64,000 nucleotides of DNA. Source: Planctomycetota bacterium (GTDB taxonomy: Bacteria > Planctomycetota > PLA2 > JAEUHO01). Below are positions 12,401 to 23,372 of the stretch, piece after piece. Within the stretch, counting starts at the first letter, position 1, and every line of letters begins with the position of its first letter. A program made the translations under genes and the position numbers. The stretch lies in NCBI GenBank assembly GCA_050248855.1, contig JBFWRP010000018.1, positions 1 to 64,000 on the forward strand, written 5' to 3'. Below the pieces are notes generated by a model. It was not told the DNA's origin and ran no database searches. It saw only the letters and a program-made list of their open reading frames with translations.

Positions 12401-13031
12401 CGTACTTGAAGAGCCGGGCCTCGCGGACCCAGAGGTCCATGATGCCGTTCTCGCCGACCAGGTCGTCGCCGACGCTCTGGATGAAGCAGGCGTGGGGCTG
12501 GGGGCGCTCGTAGGCCGAGGCGCTCTTCTTGAGCCGGCCGGTCTCGGGGTCGACGTAGTAGTGCCCCTGGGGCGGCCCGTCGATGCCGTAGGCCCAGTGC
12601 AGGCCCGTGTTGAACCACTGGGGGCTGTTGGGGGCGCAGACCTGGTCGGCGAGCATGCGGCAGAGCTCGTCCTGGAAGGCCTGGGCGTCGTCCTCGGTCT
12701 CGAAGTAGCCGTGCTGGCGACCCCAGTGGGTCCAGCAACCGGCCAGGCGGTGGAAGACCTGCCGGGCGTCCCGCTCGCCCCCGCTGGCGGGACCCTCATC
12801 CCCCGACCCGGCGTCCCCCGAACCGGCAGCTTGGGGAACGCCCGCCCGGCGGAAGTACTTCTGGGCCAGCACGTCGGTGGCCACCGAGGACCACGTGCTG
12901 GGGACGGAGACGCCCTCCAGGCGGAAGACGACCGTCCCGTCGGGGTTGCGGATCTCGGACGTCCGCTCCTCCCAGATGATCCCCTCGTAGGGATCGCGAC
13001 CCGCCTGCGTGAATCGACGCTGGACCTTCAT
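9399..13031 (-). CDS. nrdJ: adenosylcobalamin-dependent (class II) ribonucleotide reductase
   Basis: [54 protein letters not shown]-like region, C-terminal CGDC...[12 protein letters not shown]. Confidence 0.97.
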   Translation of the reverse strand: MKVQRRFTQAGRDPYEGIIWEERTSEIRNPDGTVVFRLEGVSVPSTWSSVATDVLAQKYFRRAGVPQAAGSGDAGSGDEGPASGGERDARQVFHRLAGCWTHWGRQHGYFETEDDAQAFQDELCRMLADQVCAPNSPQWFNTGLHWAYGIDGPPQGHYYVDPETGRLKKSASAYERPQPHACFIQSVGDDLVGENGIMDLWVREARLFKYGSGTGSNFSRLRGEGEPLSGGGRSSGLMSFLKIGDRAAGAIKSGGTTRRAAKMVCLDVDHPDIEAFVDWKVHEEQKVAALVAGSRTLERYLNAVFAACKDWPDAGTRFDLRRNGRLRDAVRAARDHLIPMNYVERCIALARQGITGIEIPTYSTDWDSESYLTVSGQNSNNSVRLSNEFMDAVDRDQPWRLLRRTDGAVSKTLPARELWGRIAYSAWACADPGVQYDTTINEWHTCPVDGRINASNPCSEYMFLDDTACNLASLNLCRFFDDATGSFDVAGYRHAVRLWTMVLEISVLMAQFPSKAIARLSYEFRTLGLGYANLGALLMRLGIPYDSDEGRAWTGALTAILCGTSYATSAEMAERLGAFPGYERNREHMLRVMRNHRRAAYGAPGEEYEDLTVTPCGIDADVCPDYLLEAARSSWDAALELGEKHGYRNAQVTVLAPTGTIGLVMDCDTTGIEPDFALVKFKKLAGGGYFRIINRAVPIALANLGYGPQQIEDIVAYVKGTGSLRGAPHVNDVSLRVKGLSQATVDRLEGQMRSAFDVSFVLNRWGVGDEALEHELGLSKAVYEDPSFDLLHHLGFDEAQIRAANDHICGTMTIEGAPHLEDKHLPVFDCANRCGRKGRRFISFEGHIRQMAAAQPFISGAISKTINMPHEASVEDVQEAYRLSWRLMIKAMALYRDGSKLSQPLATASGDLEGALAAEAEAAGSQDPTSAAATLEAAAAPEVAAAREVMERVVYRYLAKRRRLPQRRGGYTQKAMIGQHKVYLRTGEYDDGSLGEIFVDMHKEGAAFRSLMNCFAIAVSLGLQYGVPLEEFVEAYTFTRFEPNGIVSGNDRIKSSTSIIDYVFRELAVTYLDRKDLAHVDSEDLEPDAVRADPEPEFRGEEVISERRLELPVVRERGGVFAPKAVHPPSVGLQRVVATTPMATMPTVDASPLATPRFASRKRPAALSMVEKARLQGYTGDACGDCGSFTMVRNGTCTKCDTCGATSGCS

Positions 13032-13050
13032 GACGCCTCGCCCTCCGCTC

Positions 13051-13094
13051 CCGACCCCTACCGGCCCGACCCCTACCGGCCCGACCCCTACAGG
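13051..13094. repeat. 15-bp tandem repeat CCGACCCCTACCGGC, about 3 copies, in the nrdJ leader
   Basis: Two exact copies, then CCGACCCCTACAGG. Confidence 0.9.
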
Positions 13095-13130
13095 TTGTGG
13101 TCGAGAGGCTCCCGCCCACGACATCTCGTA
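13086..13130. promoter_or_regulatory. tandem NrdR-box-like sites
   Basis: CCCTACAGGTTGTG (13086-13099) and CACGACATCTCGTA (13117-13130) resemble the CACWAYATMTWGTG core. Starts are 31 bp apart and lie upstream of nrdJ. Confidence 0.65.
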
Positions 13131-13289
13131 CCACATGGCCTGACCGGGTCCGCGAAGGAAATCTCCGCGCACCGGCGATCGGGGGGCTGGACTCTAGACC
13201 CGGGGGGGGACAGGTCGGGCGGTCCCCGGGTGGCCCTACCCTCTCCCGCCGGGCCGGGCGGCGTGCCCACCCAGGGAAGGACCAGCACG

Positions 13290-13847
13290 ATGATCTGCAG
13301 CGACCGGTGGATCCGGAAGATGGCCAAGGAGCACGGGATGATCGAGCCCTTCGTGGAGGGCCTGGTCAGCCAGGGCCAGGTCTCCTACGGGCTCAGCAGC
13401 TACGGCTACGACATCCGCGTCGGCCGGCACTTCAAGATCTTCCACAACCTCAACACGACCCTGGTCGACCCGAAGGCCTTCGACCCCCGGTCGTTCGTCG
13501 ACCACCACGGCGACTGCATCATCCCCCCCAACTCGTTCGTGCTGGCCGAGACGGTCGAACGCTTCCGGATCCCCCGCGAGGTCCTGGCCGTCTGCGTGGG
13601 CAAGAGCACCTACGCCCGCTGCGGGATGATCGTCAACGTGACGCCCCTGGAACCCGAGTGGGAAGGCGTCCTGACCCTGGAAATCAGCAATACCACGCCG
13701 CTGCCCGCCAAGGTCTACGCCGGGGAGGGCATCGCCCAGCTGCTGTTCTTCCGCGGCACCGAGATCTGCGAGACCAGCTACCGGGACCGCAAGGGCAAGT
13801 ACATGGGCCAGACCGGGCTGACGCTCCCGCTGATCGCCAAAACCTAG
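13290..13847 (+). CDS. dcd: dCTP deaminase
   Basis: [46 protein letters not shown]. Confidence 0.97.
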   Translation: MICSDRWIRKMAKEHGMIEPFVEGLVSQGQVSYGLSSYGYDIRVGRHFKIFHNLNTTLVDPKAFDPRSFVDHHGDCIIPPNSFVLAETVERFRIPREVLAVCVGKSTYARCGMIVNVTPLEPEWEGVLTLEISNTTPLPAKVYAGEGIAQLLFFRGTEICETSYRDRKGKYMGQTGLTLPLIAKT

Positions 13848-13981
13848 CGCTACAGGCCGTTTTTCGGCCTTCCCAAGCAGATTGATTCCTTCGGGAGAGT
13901 CACCCCCCCTTGGTACGTTTCCGCGCTAACGGGCCGTAAAGACCCGAATTCACCATGTCCACCATCCCTTTGGGAGACCCC

Positions 13982-14227
13982 ATGGCAGCGAGGAAGAAGA
14001 AGACCGCGAAGAAGAAGGCCGCCAAGGCCGCTCGCGGTGGCAAGAAGACCGCGAATCTCAACGTGGTCGTCGGCTCCAAGGTCAAGGAAGCCATCAAGTC
14101 GCAGGGCGTCCGTTGCTCGGGCGAGCTCGTCGAGGCCCTCAACGGCCACGTGCTCGGCATCCTGAACGGGGCCGTGGCGCGCTGCAAGGCCAACAACCGC
14201 GGTACGGTGCGTCCGCAGGACCTCTAG
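13982..14227 (+). CDS. bacterial histone-fold protein (short-alpha3, Bd0055/face-to-face-like) with a Lys-rich N-terminal tail
   Basis: Core VVVGSKVKEAIK...S.ELVEAL...L..AV.RCKANNRGTVRPQDL with the RxTxxxxD motif; tail AARKKKTAKKKAAKAARGGKKT; RBS GGGAG. Confidence 0.85.
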   Translation: MAARKKKTAKKKAAKAARGGKKTANLNVVVGSKVKEAIKSQGVRCSGELVEALNGHVLGILNGAVARCKANNRGTVRPQDL

Positions 14228-14266
14228 TCCTCCGCGTAACGATCGCGTTCATGCAGTGAACGCCGG

Positions 14267-14305
14267 GAGGCGTCGCCCGCGCGCGGGCGACGCCTTCTTT
14301 CATTT
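14267..14305 (+). terminator. intrinsic terminator after the histone gene
   Basis: Perfect palindrome AGGCGTCGCCCGCGCGCGGGCGACGCCT followed by TCTTTCATTT. Confidence 0.85.
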
Positions 14306-14315
14306 CAAGCCGCTG

Positions 14316-15173
14316 TCATTTCAGGAAAGCTGCATCTTCGCGCAGCGCCATCTCGAAGCCGCGCCAAAGGGCGCGCACGGCCGTGGGAACGTCGTTCGCG
14401 GCGTAGACCAGGCGACGGTCGTCGTCGTCGCGCACGCAGTCCCCGGCCTCCGCCGCACGCGTCGCCATGTCGCGATGGTGGAAATCGACCTCGATGCGCA
14501 CGGGGCCGTCGATGCGCAGGGCCTTGCGCGCGGACCGATTGCGCACGGCCGCTTCGGCGGCGGCCCGGATCATCGCTTGCGCGCGGCGCGGCACGAGGGT
14601 CGCCACGCAGGTGGGCCCGAGCGTCTTCTTCACTTCGACGAACGCGAGATCGTCACCCAGGTCGGCCTTCACTTCGCGGCCGAGGTCGTCGGCGCCCGTG
14701 ACGAGCACCACGGGCACGCCGTAGTGGCCGACGATCGCCGCGTTGAGCAGCACCTCGCCCGCCGGGCGACCCTGCAAGCGGATCTCGTGGACGAGGCGGC
14801 CCACCCACGTGTGCGCGAGCAAGCCGCGCGGCGTGCCCGCGCGGGAGTGGAAGCCAACCAGGATGCAAGCGTCGAACGTGTCGTGGTCGATGCCCGTCAC
14901 CTGGATCAGCGGCTTGTTCACCGAGCGTGCGGGCCCCACCACCAAGCGCGCGGCCTCGTGCAGGCAGTCCACGAGCAGGTTGGTCATCGTGGCGTGGCCG
15001 TCGTTGACCCAGACCTCCTCGGCCCCGGCGGCCACGGCGCCCTCCACGGCCGCGTTCACGTCGTCCGTGAACCAGACCCGCGCGCGCTCGTAGTCGTGGC
15101 CTCCGGCCATGAGGTGGCCGCCCACCGCCACGCCCGTGACGCCCTCCATGTCCGCCGCAACAAAGACCTTCAT
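14316..15173 (-). CDS. dppA: D-aminopeptidase, peptidase M55 family
   Basis: ADMEG, VNDGH, VGFH, LAHT, GE..LN, VTGAD, VEVK motifs. Confidence 0.9.
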   Translation of the reverse strand: MKVFVAADMEGVTGVAVGGHLMAGGHDYERARVWFTDDVNAAVEGAVAAGAEEVWVNDGHATMTNLLVDCLHEAARLVVGPARSVNKPLIQVTGIDHDTFDACILVGFHSRAGTPRGLLAHTWVGRLVHEIRLQGRPAGEVLLNAAIVGHYGVPVVLVTGADDLGREVKADLGDDLAFVEVKKTLGPTCVATLVPRRAQAMIRAAAEAAVRNRSARKALRIDGPVRIEVDFHHRDMATRAAEAGDCVRDDDDRRLVYAANDVPTAVRALWRGFEMALREDAAFLK

Positions 15174-15357
15174 GACGCCCTCCGAGCCCGACGCGACCAC
15201 TCCAAAGCCCAGATTAAGGGCGCCCGCGCAATCTGGTCGATAGACCCCGGGGCTCCGGGGGGAGGCCTGCCCCCCGAAATGGCCCCCCCACCCGGTCCGG
15301 CCCGGGCCAACATGGACCGATTCCCCTTCGTGGGAACACAGGAGACCGCGCCCCCCC

Positions 15358-15837
15358 ATGCCCTGCGACGCCAGCCGTTCCCTGTCCCGCCTCCTCGAGG
15401 CCGCCCGCGAGACGCGCGACCCCACCGTGCTCGGCGAGCACCTGGTCAACGGTCTGCGCGAGACCCTGCCGCAAGCGTCCTGGGCCGGCATCTACTGGCT
15501 GCGCGGTGACGAGCTGGTGCTGGGACCGTACTCGGGGCCCCCGACCGAGCACACCACGATCCCCGTGAGCCGCGGCATCTGCGGCCGCGCCGTGCGCGAG
15601 GACGACGACCAGCTCGTGCACGACGTGCGCGAGGCGGCGGACTACCTCGCCTGCTCGGCCAGCGTGCGGAGCGAGCTCGTCGTGCTGCTGCGCGCCGACG
15701 GGCGGATCATCGGCCAGATCGACCTCGACAGCGAGAAGGTGGGCGGCTTCGACGACAACGACCACTGCGTGCTGCGCACGATCGCCGACAGCTTCGCGGG
15801 CCTGATCGACACGGACGCGCTCGTCGACGCTGCGTAG
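15358..15837 (+). CDS. GAF-domain protein, free methionine-R-sulfoxide reductase (fRMsr/MsrC)-like
   Basis: WAGIY, LVLGPYSG, GICG, YLACS...SELVV, IDLDS. Confidence 0.8.
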   Translation: MPCDASRSLSRLLEAARETRDPTVLGEHLVNGLRETLPQASWAGIYWLRGDELVLGPYSGPPTEHTTIPVSRGICGRAVREDDDQLVHDVREAADYLACSASVRSELVVLLRADGRIIGQIDLDSEKVGGFDDNDHCVLRTIADSFAGLIDTDALVDAA

Positions 15838-15860
15838 GGGGTGCTGCGTAGCGCGCGAAG

Positions 15861-16814
15861 CTAGCGCGCCAAGCTGCCCGCCAAGACGTCGTCGATCGCC
15901 TCGTCGAGCGTGCGCGTCGGCCGCCACGTCGGCAGCAAGCTGCGCAGCCGCTGGAGCGCCGGGCGGCGTCGCCGCGGGTCGGGGAACCCTTCGCCGTGAA
16001 CGCGCTCGAAATCGACGTGCCGCCAGCCGCGCGGACGGCCCACGCGCTCGGCCACGCGGCGTGCCAGCTCGAGCACGGTCACTTCCTCGTCGCTCCCGAG
16101 GTTGACGATGCGCCCCTCGGACGACGGCGCGTCGAACAGGCCCAGCAGCGCGTCGGCGGCATCGTCGACATGCAGGAAGCAGCGGCGCTGGAGTCCGTCG
16201 CCGTACACCTCGAGATCGCGTCCCGCGCGCGCAGCCTCGGCGAAGCGGGCCAGCACCATGCCGTAGCGGCCGCCCTGGCCGGGGCCGACGAGGTTGAAGG
16301 GGCGCACCACGGTCATGGGCAGCCATCGCGCGCGGTGCTCGGCGAACGCGAGGGCTTCTCCGGCGAGCTTGCTGATGGCGTAGACGTCGCGCCGGCCTGC
16401 GGCGTCGATGCGGCAGGGATCGTCCTCGGCCAACGGGGCCTCGGGGTCCGGCCCGGCACCGTAGACCTCGCTGGAGGAGGCCAGCACGAGGCGTCGGCCC
16501 CGCGCCGCGCAGGCGCGCACGACGGTGGCGGTGCCCTCGACGTTGCGCGACCAGGTGCCCGCCGGGTCCTCGGCCACCAACCGGGGGCCGACCGCGGCGG
16601 CCAGGTGCAGCACGGCGTCGGCGCCCTCGACCGCCCCCGCGACGGCCGCGGCGTCGCGGACGTCGCCCTCGAGCAACGCAGCTCCGGCGGGCACGGCCTC
16701 GGCCCGGCCGGTCGAGAGGTCGTCCAAGGCGACCACGTCGTGGCCGCGCTCCAGGGCCCGACGCGCGACGCGCGCGCCGACGAACCCCGCACCTCCGGTG
16801 ATGACGAGCCGCAT
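15861..16814 (-). CDS. NAD-dependent nucleotide-sugar epimerase/dehydratase (extended SDR)
   Basis: TGGAGFVG, DDLSTG, HLAA, SSSEVYG, YAISK, RPFN.VGP, GDG.Q.RCF.HV.D. Confidence 0.92.
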   Translation of the reverse strand: MRLVITGGAGFVGARVARRALERGHDVVALDDLSTGRAEAVPAGAALLEGDVRDAAAVAGAVEGADAVLHLAAAVGPRLVAEDPAGTWSRNVEGTATVVRACAARGRRLVLASSSEVYGAGPDPEAPLAEDDPCRIDAAGRRDVYAISKLAGEALAFAEHRARWLPMTVVRPFNLVGPGQGGRYGMVLARFAEAARAGRDLEVYGDGLQRRCFLHVDDAADALLGLFDAPSSEGRIVNLGSDEEVTVLELARRVAERVGRPRGWRHVDFERVHGEGFPDPRRRRPALQRLRSLLPTWRPTRTLDEAIDDVLAGSLAR

Positions 16815-16876
16815 GGCGTGGATCCTACGTGCCCCCGGCGCCCCCGCGCCGCGCGGCATGGCACCATGCGCCGCGC

Positions 16877-17893
16877 ATGACGTGGACGCGAGGCGGGGTC
16901 GGGCTCTTCCTGGTCGCGGCGCTCGCTGCGGCCGCGGCGGCCGGGCCGGACCGCCGACCCGGTGATCTGGTCTTCGACCGGGAGACGCTGGACCTCGGCG
17001 CCCGGCGACAGCAGGAGGAGGTGACGGCCCGCGTCACCGTCACCAACCGCGGCACGCAGCCGCTCACGCGCCTGCGTGCGATCGCGGACTGCGGCTGCTA
17101 CGAGGCCACGCTCGGCGCCGAGCGTCTCGAACCCGGCCAGCAGACCGAGCTCGTGATCCGCTTCCGCACCCTCACGTTCACGGGCCGCTTCGCCAAGCGC
17201 GTGAAGGTCCTCTACGACGACCCCGACCCGGCGCAGTCCGAGCTCCGCATCGAGGTGGCGGTGGTGGCGGGCGTCGTGCTCAAGCCCGGCCGGCTGCACC
17301 TGGGGAACGTACGGCTCGGGGAACGTCCCACGGGCGAGGTCGCGGTCTGCTGGTACGAGGGCGAGGGCGAGCCCTTCGAGGTGCGGGGCCTCGTCGTACC
17401 CGAGGCGCGCGTGGAGGTGGAGACGGCTCCCTACCAGGACGCGCGGGATCCCAAGTGGCGTGGTGTCACGCTGAAGGTGCGTTTCCTCGACACGCTCCCG
17501 CGCGGGCCCCATGCGTTCGACGGCGTGGTGACGACCAGCTCGCCCACGCAGGCCGAGGTGCGGTTACCGATCACGGCCGTGGGCGTGGGCCGCCTGTGGC
17601 TCCCGTCCAACCGCATGTCGGTCGGCGTGATCGCGCGGGGGACGGCGCGCACGGCGACGATGCCGCTGAAGGTCCTCGAGCGCGGTCTCGTGCCGGGACG
17701 CCTCGAGGCCGTGGTGCCGAGCGGACGGCTCCTGGCGGTGATCGAGACCGCGGCGCCGGAGGGCTGGGCGCTGGCCGTCACGGTGCCGGCCGACGCCGCG
17801 CCCGGGCCCATCGACGAGATCGTCGAGGTCCGCACGGACGTCGAAGGCGAGGAACGCCTCGCCGTGCGGGTCCTCGGTCACGTGACGCGGTAG
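16877..17893 (+). CDS. exported DUF1573-domain protein
   Basis: Signal peptide, D.G...Q, N.G..PL, ADCGC, LEPG, F.K.V.V. Confidence 0.8.
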   Translation: MTWTRGGVGLFLVAALAAAAAAGPDRRPGDLVFDRETLDLGARRQQEEVTARVTVTNRGTQPLTRLRAIADCGCYEATLGAERLEPGQQTELVIRFRTLTFTGRFAKRVKVLYDDPDPAQSELRIEVAVVAGVVLKPGRLHLGNVRLGERPTGEVAVCWYEGEGEPFEVRGLVVPEARVEVETAPYQDARDPKWRGVTLKVRFLDTLPRGPHAFDGVVTTSSPTQAEVRLPITAVGVGRLWLPSNRMSVGVIARGTARTATMPLKVLERGLVPGRLEAVVPSGRLLAVIETAAPEGWALAVTVPADAAPGPIDEIVEVRTDVEGEERLAVRVLGHVTR

Positions 17894-17905
17894 ACTCGAC
17901 CGATC

Positions 17906-18955
17906 GTGCGCGTCGTCGTCGTGCTCCTCGTGCTGCTCGCCTTGACCGCCGCCCGGGCCGACGAGCTCGAGCGCGGCCAACACCGTGATCTGACGGCGGA
18001 TCGGACCGAGCACGACTTCGGGGAAGCGCCCCAGGATGCGCAGCGCGAGACCACGTTCACGATCACCAACCGCAGCGAGGCCAGGGTCACGGGGATCTTT
18101 GCGACGGGCGAGTGCGGCTGCAACGAGCTCGAGCTGGGGGCGACCGAGCTCGAGCCCGGCGCCAGCACCGAGCTCAAGGTGATCTTCCGCACGCTCTGGC
18201 ACGCGGGACCCATGGTGAAGAAGATCCGCGTGCGCTCGGTCGACCCGAACGCCGGCGAGCTCCACCTGACGCAGCGGATGGCGGTCGTCGAAGGACTCGT
18301 CCTCACGCCACACAGCGTGACGTTCCGCGACGTCAAACGCGGAGAGACGCCGACGGGGACGTTCTCGCTGCGCTGGTACGAGGGTCGTGGACGCGCGTTC
18401 GAGGTCACGGGCGTGAGCGTGCCGGGCCAGTCGTTCGCCCACACGCTGCGCGCCTACGAGGACCCCGCCGATCCCACCGTGAAGGGCTGGGAGGTGGCGC
18501 TCACGTTCGCGGAGCCGGCCCGGGAGGGCACGCTGTCGGCCGAGGTCGTGGTCACGACCGACCATCCGGACCACCCGCGGCTGACCTTGCCGCTCTACGC
18601 CAACGTCTCGGGCCCCGTGTGGGTCCAGGCGCGCACGGTGCACTTCGGCTCGCGTCCGGCGGGGGAGGAGCGCAGCACGACGATCCGCTTCCGGCCGACG
18701 GACGCCGCGGCCCAGCCGTTCGGCGAGGTCAAAGCCAGCGCGCTCTTGGGCAAGGTGCAGCTGGAGGTCGGACCCGACCCCCTCCACTTCGACAAGGGCG
18801 GCTACTGGTACCTCAAGGTCACGCTGCCGGCCACGACGCCTCCTGGACCCGTCGAGGGCGAGGTGGTCACGCTCGACGTGGGCATCGAGGGCGAGGCGCC
18901 CATCCAGCTGCCGGTGAAGGCGCACGTGCGCAAGGAGACCGCGGATGGCCCGTAA
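17906..18955 (+). CDS. exported DUF1573-domain protein (tandem paralog)
   Basis: Signal peptide, HDFG, GECGC, LEPG. Shares FRTL and WYEG.G..FEV.G..VP with the upstream gene. Confidence 0.8.
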   Translation: MRVVVVLLVLLALTAARADELERGQHRDLTADRTEHDFGEAPQDAQRETTFTITNRSEARVTGIFATGECGCNELELGATELEPGASTELKVIFRTLWHAGPMVKKIRVRSVDPNAGELHLTQRMAVVEGLVLTPHSVTFRDVKRGETPTGTFSLRWYEGRGRAFEVTGVSVPGQSFAHTLRAYEDPADPTVKGWEVALTFAEPAREGTLSAEVVVTTDHPDHPRLTLPLYANVSGPVWVQARTVHFGSRPAGEERSTTIRFRPTDAAAQPFGEVKASALLGKVQLEVGPDPLHFDKGGYWYLKVTLPATTPPGPVEGEVVTLDVGIEGEAPIQLPVKAHVRKETADGP

Positions 18956-19412
18956 GGCGAGCGCGCGCAAGAAGGCACGAGGCGGCAACGCGATCGTCCT
19001 GTTCCTGCTGTTCGGCGCGGCGCCGCTGGGCCTGTTGACCTGGTTCTTCCTGCAGCCCGAGGCGGCGCGGGAGCAGATGCTGTCGCAGATCCCGGAGGGC
19101 GTCAGCGGTCGGGCGGCGAAGGCGGGCATCTGCCTGGCCGTGCTGATCGGCCTGTCGGTGGTAGCGCTGCCGGCGTTCCACGGGGCCTCCGGTGCGCTAC
19201 GCGGCGTGCTCGACAAGATGCGCAGCGCGCCGATGTGGCGCCGCGTGCTCCTGGCGCCGTTCGAGCTGCTCCTGGGCCTCGTGTGGCTGGTCGTGCAGGT
19301 CAGCTTTGCCGTTGACGTGTTGCTGATCGTGGCCACGTCGCTGGGCTTGCTCCTGGCGACGGCCCGGATCGTGCTCCCGGATCTCTTGCCCGGCTTCGTG
19401 CCCTGGCTGTAA
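18945..19412 (+). CDS. hypothetical membrane protein
   Basis: About 4 hydrophobic segments; GGAG RBS; overlaps the upstream stop. Confidence 0.7.
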   Translation: MARKASARKKARGGNAIVLFLLFGAAPLGLLTWFFLQPEAAREQMLSQIPEGVSGRAAKAGICLAVLIGLSVVALPAFHGASGALRGVLDKMRSAPMWRRVLLAPFELLLGLVWLVVQVSFAVDVLLIVATSLGLLLATARIVLPDLLPGFVPWL

Positions 19413-19438
19413 GAGTTCCCCGCCCGGAGGACCCGACC

Positions 19439-20309
<871 letters not shown>

Positions 20310-20317
<8 letters not shown>

Positions 20318-21386
20318 GGCGGCGCAGGGCTGGAAGCGCCTCCGTGGCGCGACGCCGCGGGCGCAGGGCTACTCATGGCCTGCCGAGTGGGCCAAGCACG
20401 AGGCCACGGTCATCGCCTGGCCGCACGACCCCAAGACATGGCCGGGCTGCGTGCCCGAGGCCGAGCAGGTGTTCACGCAGCTGGCCACGGCGGTCGGCAC
20501 GGGCGAGATCGTGCACGTGCTCGTGAAGGACGAAGGGATCGAGGCGCGGGCGCGGCAGCACCTGGCCGAGGCGGGGGCGTCGTCCCGCGTGCGGCTGCAT
20601 CGCGTACCCACGGCCGATTCGTGGCTGCGCGACACGGGCCCGATCGTGGTGGCGCGCGGGCGGGGGGCCAAGCGCGAGCGGCTGGCGCTGGACTTCCGCT
20701 TCGACGCGTGGGGCGGCAAGTACGAGTCGCTGATGGCGGACGACGACCTGCCGCCGCGCTTGAAGAAGGTGCTGGGGCTCCCCACCAAACGCATCGAGCT
20801 GACGCTCGAGGGCGGCAGCATCGACGGCGACGGCCAGGGCACGATCCTCACCACCGAGCAGTGCCTGCTCCACCGCAACCGCAACGCGGACCTGACGCGG
20901 GCCGAGATCGAGTGGCACCTGCGCGAGGCGCTCGGCGCCAAGACGATCCTGTGGCTTGGCGCCGGCATCGAGGGCGACGACACCGACGGCCACGTCGACG
21001 ACATCACGCGCTTCGCCGCGCCGGGCGTGGTCGTGACGGCCGTGCAGGACGACACGACGAGCCCGGACCACGCGCCGCTCGACGACAACCTGCGTCGTCT
21101 CCGGGCCATGGAAGACGCGCGCGGACGCGCCCTGGAGGTCGTGACGATCCCCATGCCCGAGCCGGTCCTGGGCAGCGACGGCCAGCCGCTGCCGGCGAGC
21201 CATGCCAACTTCCTGATCGCCAACAAGGTCGTCTGCGTGCCCGTCTTCGGCCAGCGCAGCGACGCCATCGCCTGCAAGCGCCTCGCCCGCCTCTTCCCCG
21301 CGCGCCGCATCGTCCCCATCCGCTGCGAGCGCTTCGTCGAGGGCATGGGCGCTCTCCACTGCGTCACCCAGCAGATCCCCGCGTAG
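20310..21386 (+). CDS. aguA: agmatine deiminase
   Basis: PAEW, WLRD.GP, WGGKY, LEGGSI, DDTDGHVD, G.GALHCVTQQ. The GTG start overlaps the aguB end. Confidence 0.93.
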
Positions 21387-21389
21387 GAC

Positions 21390-23363
21390 CTACGGATCGG
21401 CGACGATCAGCTCGACGCCTTCGCGAACCTCGGAGACATCCAGCGGCGGCAGGTCCCGATCAACCGCGGGCTGTCCCGGCACGTGGATGCGTACCACGAC
21501 CGGGCCCGGTGGCAGCCACCCCAGCCAGAACGCACCGTCCACGGACGTACGGTCCGTGCCACGCGCGACGTGTGCCCAGACGCCCTCGCCAGCCCGGATC
21601 ACTTCCAGGCGCGCGCCCTCGACGGGTGTGCCATCGGGGCGCGCAACCACCCCGCTGACTTGGCCCCCCAGGACGTACTCGAGAACGGGAGGCGCCTGGT
21701 CCCGCGCGTCGTTCGGCGTCCAGGAGGGCGCCGCCGGCCCTACGTAGAGCATGCCCCAGCAAGCAAGCCTCACGGGCACGTCGGGCAACATGCGCACTTC
21801 GAAGCGCTCCTCTGTGTCCGCCCGTCCGAAATGGCGGAGTCCCGCATCCCAACTGGTGCGGGGGTCCTCCTCCGCGCTCGGGAAGCCCCAGGCCCGCAGC
21901 GTCTCGTCGGCGCGCAAGAGCGCCTCTGCCGTGATGTAGAAGCCCGGAGCACCGTCCGGCATGGGCGTCACGCGACCGCGCACGAGGACGCCGGGCACGA
22001 GCGAGAGATCGCATGTGACGGGTGCGCCATCGTCGCGTACCTCGATGCAGCAGGAGGAGGGAGGCTCCGCGGATCGGGTGAGGAGCGCGCGCAGGACATC
22101 CTCGTGGAGGAGGTCGCCGTGGCTGAGCTCGACCAGATAGCGCCCCGGCGAGACACGCTCGATGCGGTACGTGCCGTCAGCCGTGGTCTGCGCAGACAAC
22201 ATGCCCAACGCCTGGCTGTCGCCGGTGCCCGCAGCGGGCCGCAGGACGACCCGTGCATCCTCGACGGGCTGCCCCGTCGAGGTATCCCGCACGAGGCCCT
22301 CCACGTGGCTCAGGGCGGGAAGCACGATGTCGATCTCGTCCCCCGGTGGGAAGACGCGCTCGCCGGGCAGGTGCGCGAGGCTCTCGACGCGCACGGAGCG
22401 GAGGAGGCCGGGAGTCGTCATCACGCGAGCTGCTCCGGCCCCATCACACGCGGCCACCACCGAGGCACCCGGCTCGGCCATGTGGACGCGGACGATGGCG
22501 GCCGGCACGGGGCCCCCCTGCGCATCGCGCACGCGGACGTGGACGAGGCGGTCGGCACGCGGCACCTCGATCGTCCAGCCAGCGGACGCCGATGGCACCT
22601 CGTGCTCGACCACGAGCCCCGAGGCGAGCCACGACGTGACGTGGTTGGCATCCGGATGCACGCGGAGCTCGAACCGTCCGTCGGCGTCGGTCTTGACGAC
22701 GTCGCCGTACCACGCCCTGTCCAGGCGGCGCCACCGGGCTCGGACGAAGCCTTCCACCGGACTGCCGTCCGGGTGCTGCAGACGACCGCGTCGCGTCACG
22801 CCCGCGACGACGCGGAGCTGGAAGCTCTCGGGCCCGTAGGACGCGTCGTGCCAGAACAAGATCGACTCGCCGACGCGGTGGTCGCCGGGGTCGCAGGCCA
22901 CGCGCATGTTCCCCGCCGAGCCGTCCAGACGGGCGAAGCCGTCCCCGTCCGTGAGTGCGTCTGGGTAGGCGCCATCCCCGAACACGGTTCGTGGGTTGCG
23001 GGGCACCTCGAGATGGACCGAGCTCGATGGCAGCGGTCGCCCGAAGAGCCCGATAGCGGCAAGCTTCCCCTGCTCGGCCAGGGCCGCAGGCTCGATCCAG
23101 ACGCGTACCGAGGGAACAGGCTCGCCCTCGGCATCGACGACGCGCACCGTGGCAGGCCACAGCATGCCACGGTGGCGCACGGCGAGGCCTCCGACGAGAT
23201 CCAGGAGATTGGCCTCGCGCAGGAAGCCGAGCTGTTCGTCCGGATCGAGCTTCGTCGTGCGCGGCTTGTCCTGGCCAATGTCGTCGGGCCTCGTGCGCAC
23301 GAAGACCGAGATCCCGCCGACCAGCACGGCCAGCGCACCGAACGCGATCAGGAAGATGCGCAC
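21390..23363 (-). CDS. membrane-anchored carboxypeptidase-regulatory-like (beta-sandwich repeat) protein
   Basis: N-terminal TM; repeated G.V.D..G.PV..A.V...TDADG.F/Y...PG.Y modules. Confidence 0.7.
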   Translation of the reverse strand: MRIFLIAFGALAVLVGGISVFVRTRPDDIGQDKPRTTKLDPDEQLGFLREANLLDLVGGLAVRHRGMLWPATVRVVDAEGEPVPSVRVWIEPAALAEQGKLAAIGLFGRPLPSSSVHLEVPRNPRTVFGDGAYPDALTDGDGFARLDGSAGNMRVACDPGDHRVGESILFWHDASYGPESFQLRVVAGVTRRGRLQHPDGSPVEGFVRARWRRLDRAWYGDVVKTDADGRFELRVHPDANHVTSWLASGLVVEHEVPSASAGWTIEVPRADRLVHVRVRDAQGGPVPAAIVRVHMAEPGASVVAACDGAGAARVMTTPGLLRSVRVESLAHLPGERVFPPGDEIDIVLPALSHVEGLVRDTSTGQPVEDARVVLRPAAGTGDSQALGMLSAQTTADGTYRIERVSPGRYLVELSHGDLLHEDVLRALLTRSAEPPSSCCIEVRDDGAPVTCDLSLVPGVLVRGRVTPMPDGAPGFYITAEALLRADETLRAWGFPSAEEDPRTSWDAGLRHFGRADTEERFEVRMLPDVPVRLACWGMLYVGPAAPSWTPNDARDQAPPVLEYVLGGQVSGVVARPDGTPVEGARLEVIRAGEGVWAHVARGTDRTSVDGAFWLGWLPPGPVVVRIHVPGQPAVDRDLPPLDVSEVREGVELIVADP

Positions 23364-23372
23364 GAGGGGAGT

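Noticed and set aside
9399..13031. Intein or intron in nrdJ
   Set aside because: The ORF is continuous, with no splice-junction or homing-endonuclease motifs; only short low-complexity inserts are present.
9651..13289. 1398-aa ORF as an N-terminal extension of dcd
   Set aside because: It is the antisense shadow of nrdJ in high-GC DNA; dcd homology starts at ATG 13290.
13032..13289. Cobalamin riboswitch upstream of nrdJ
   Set aside because: No B12-box or other conserved riboswitch elements were recognised; NrdR-like boxes explain the region better.
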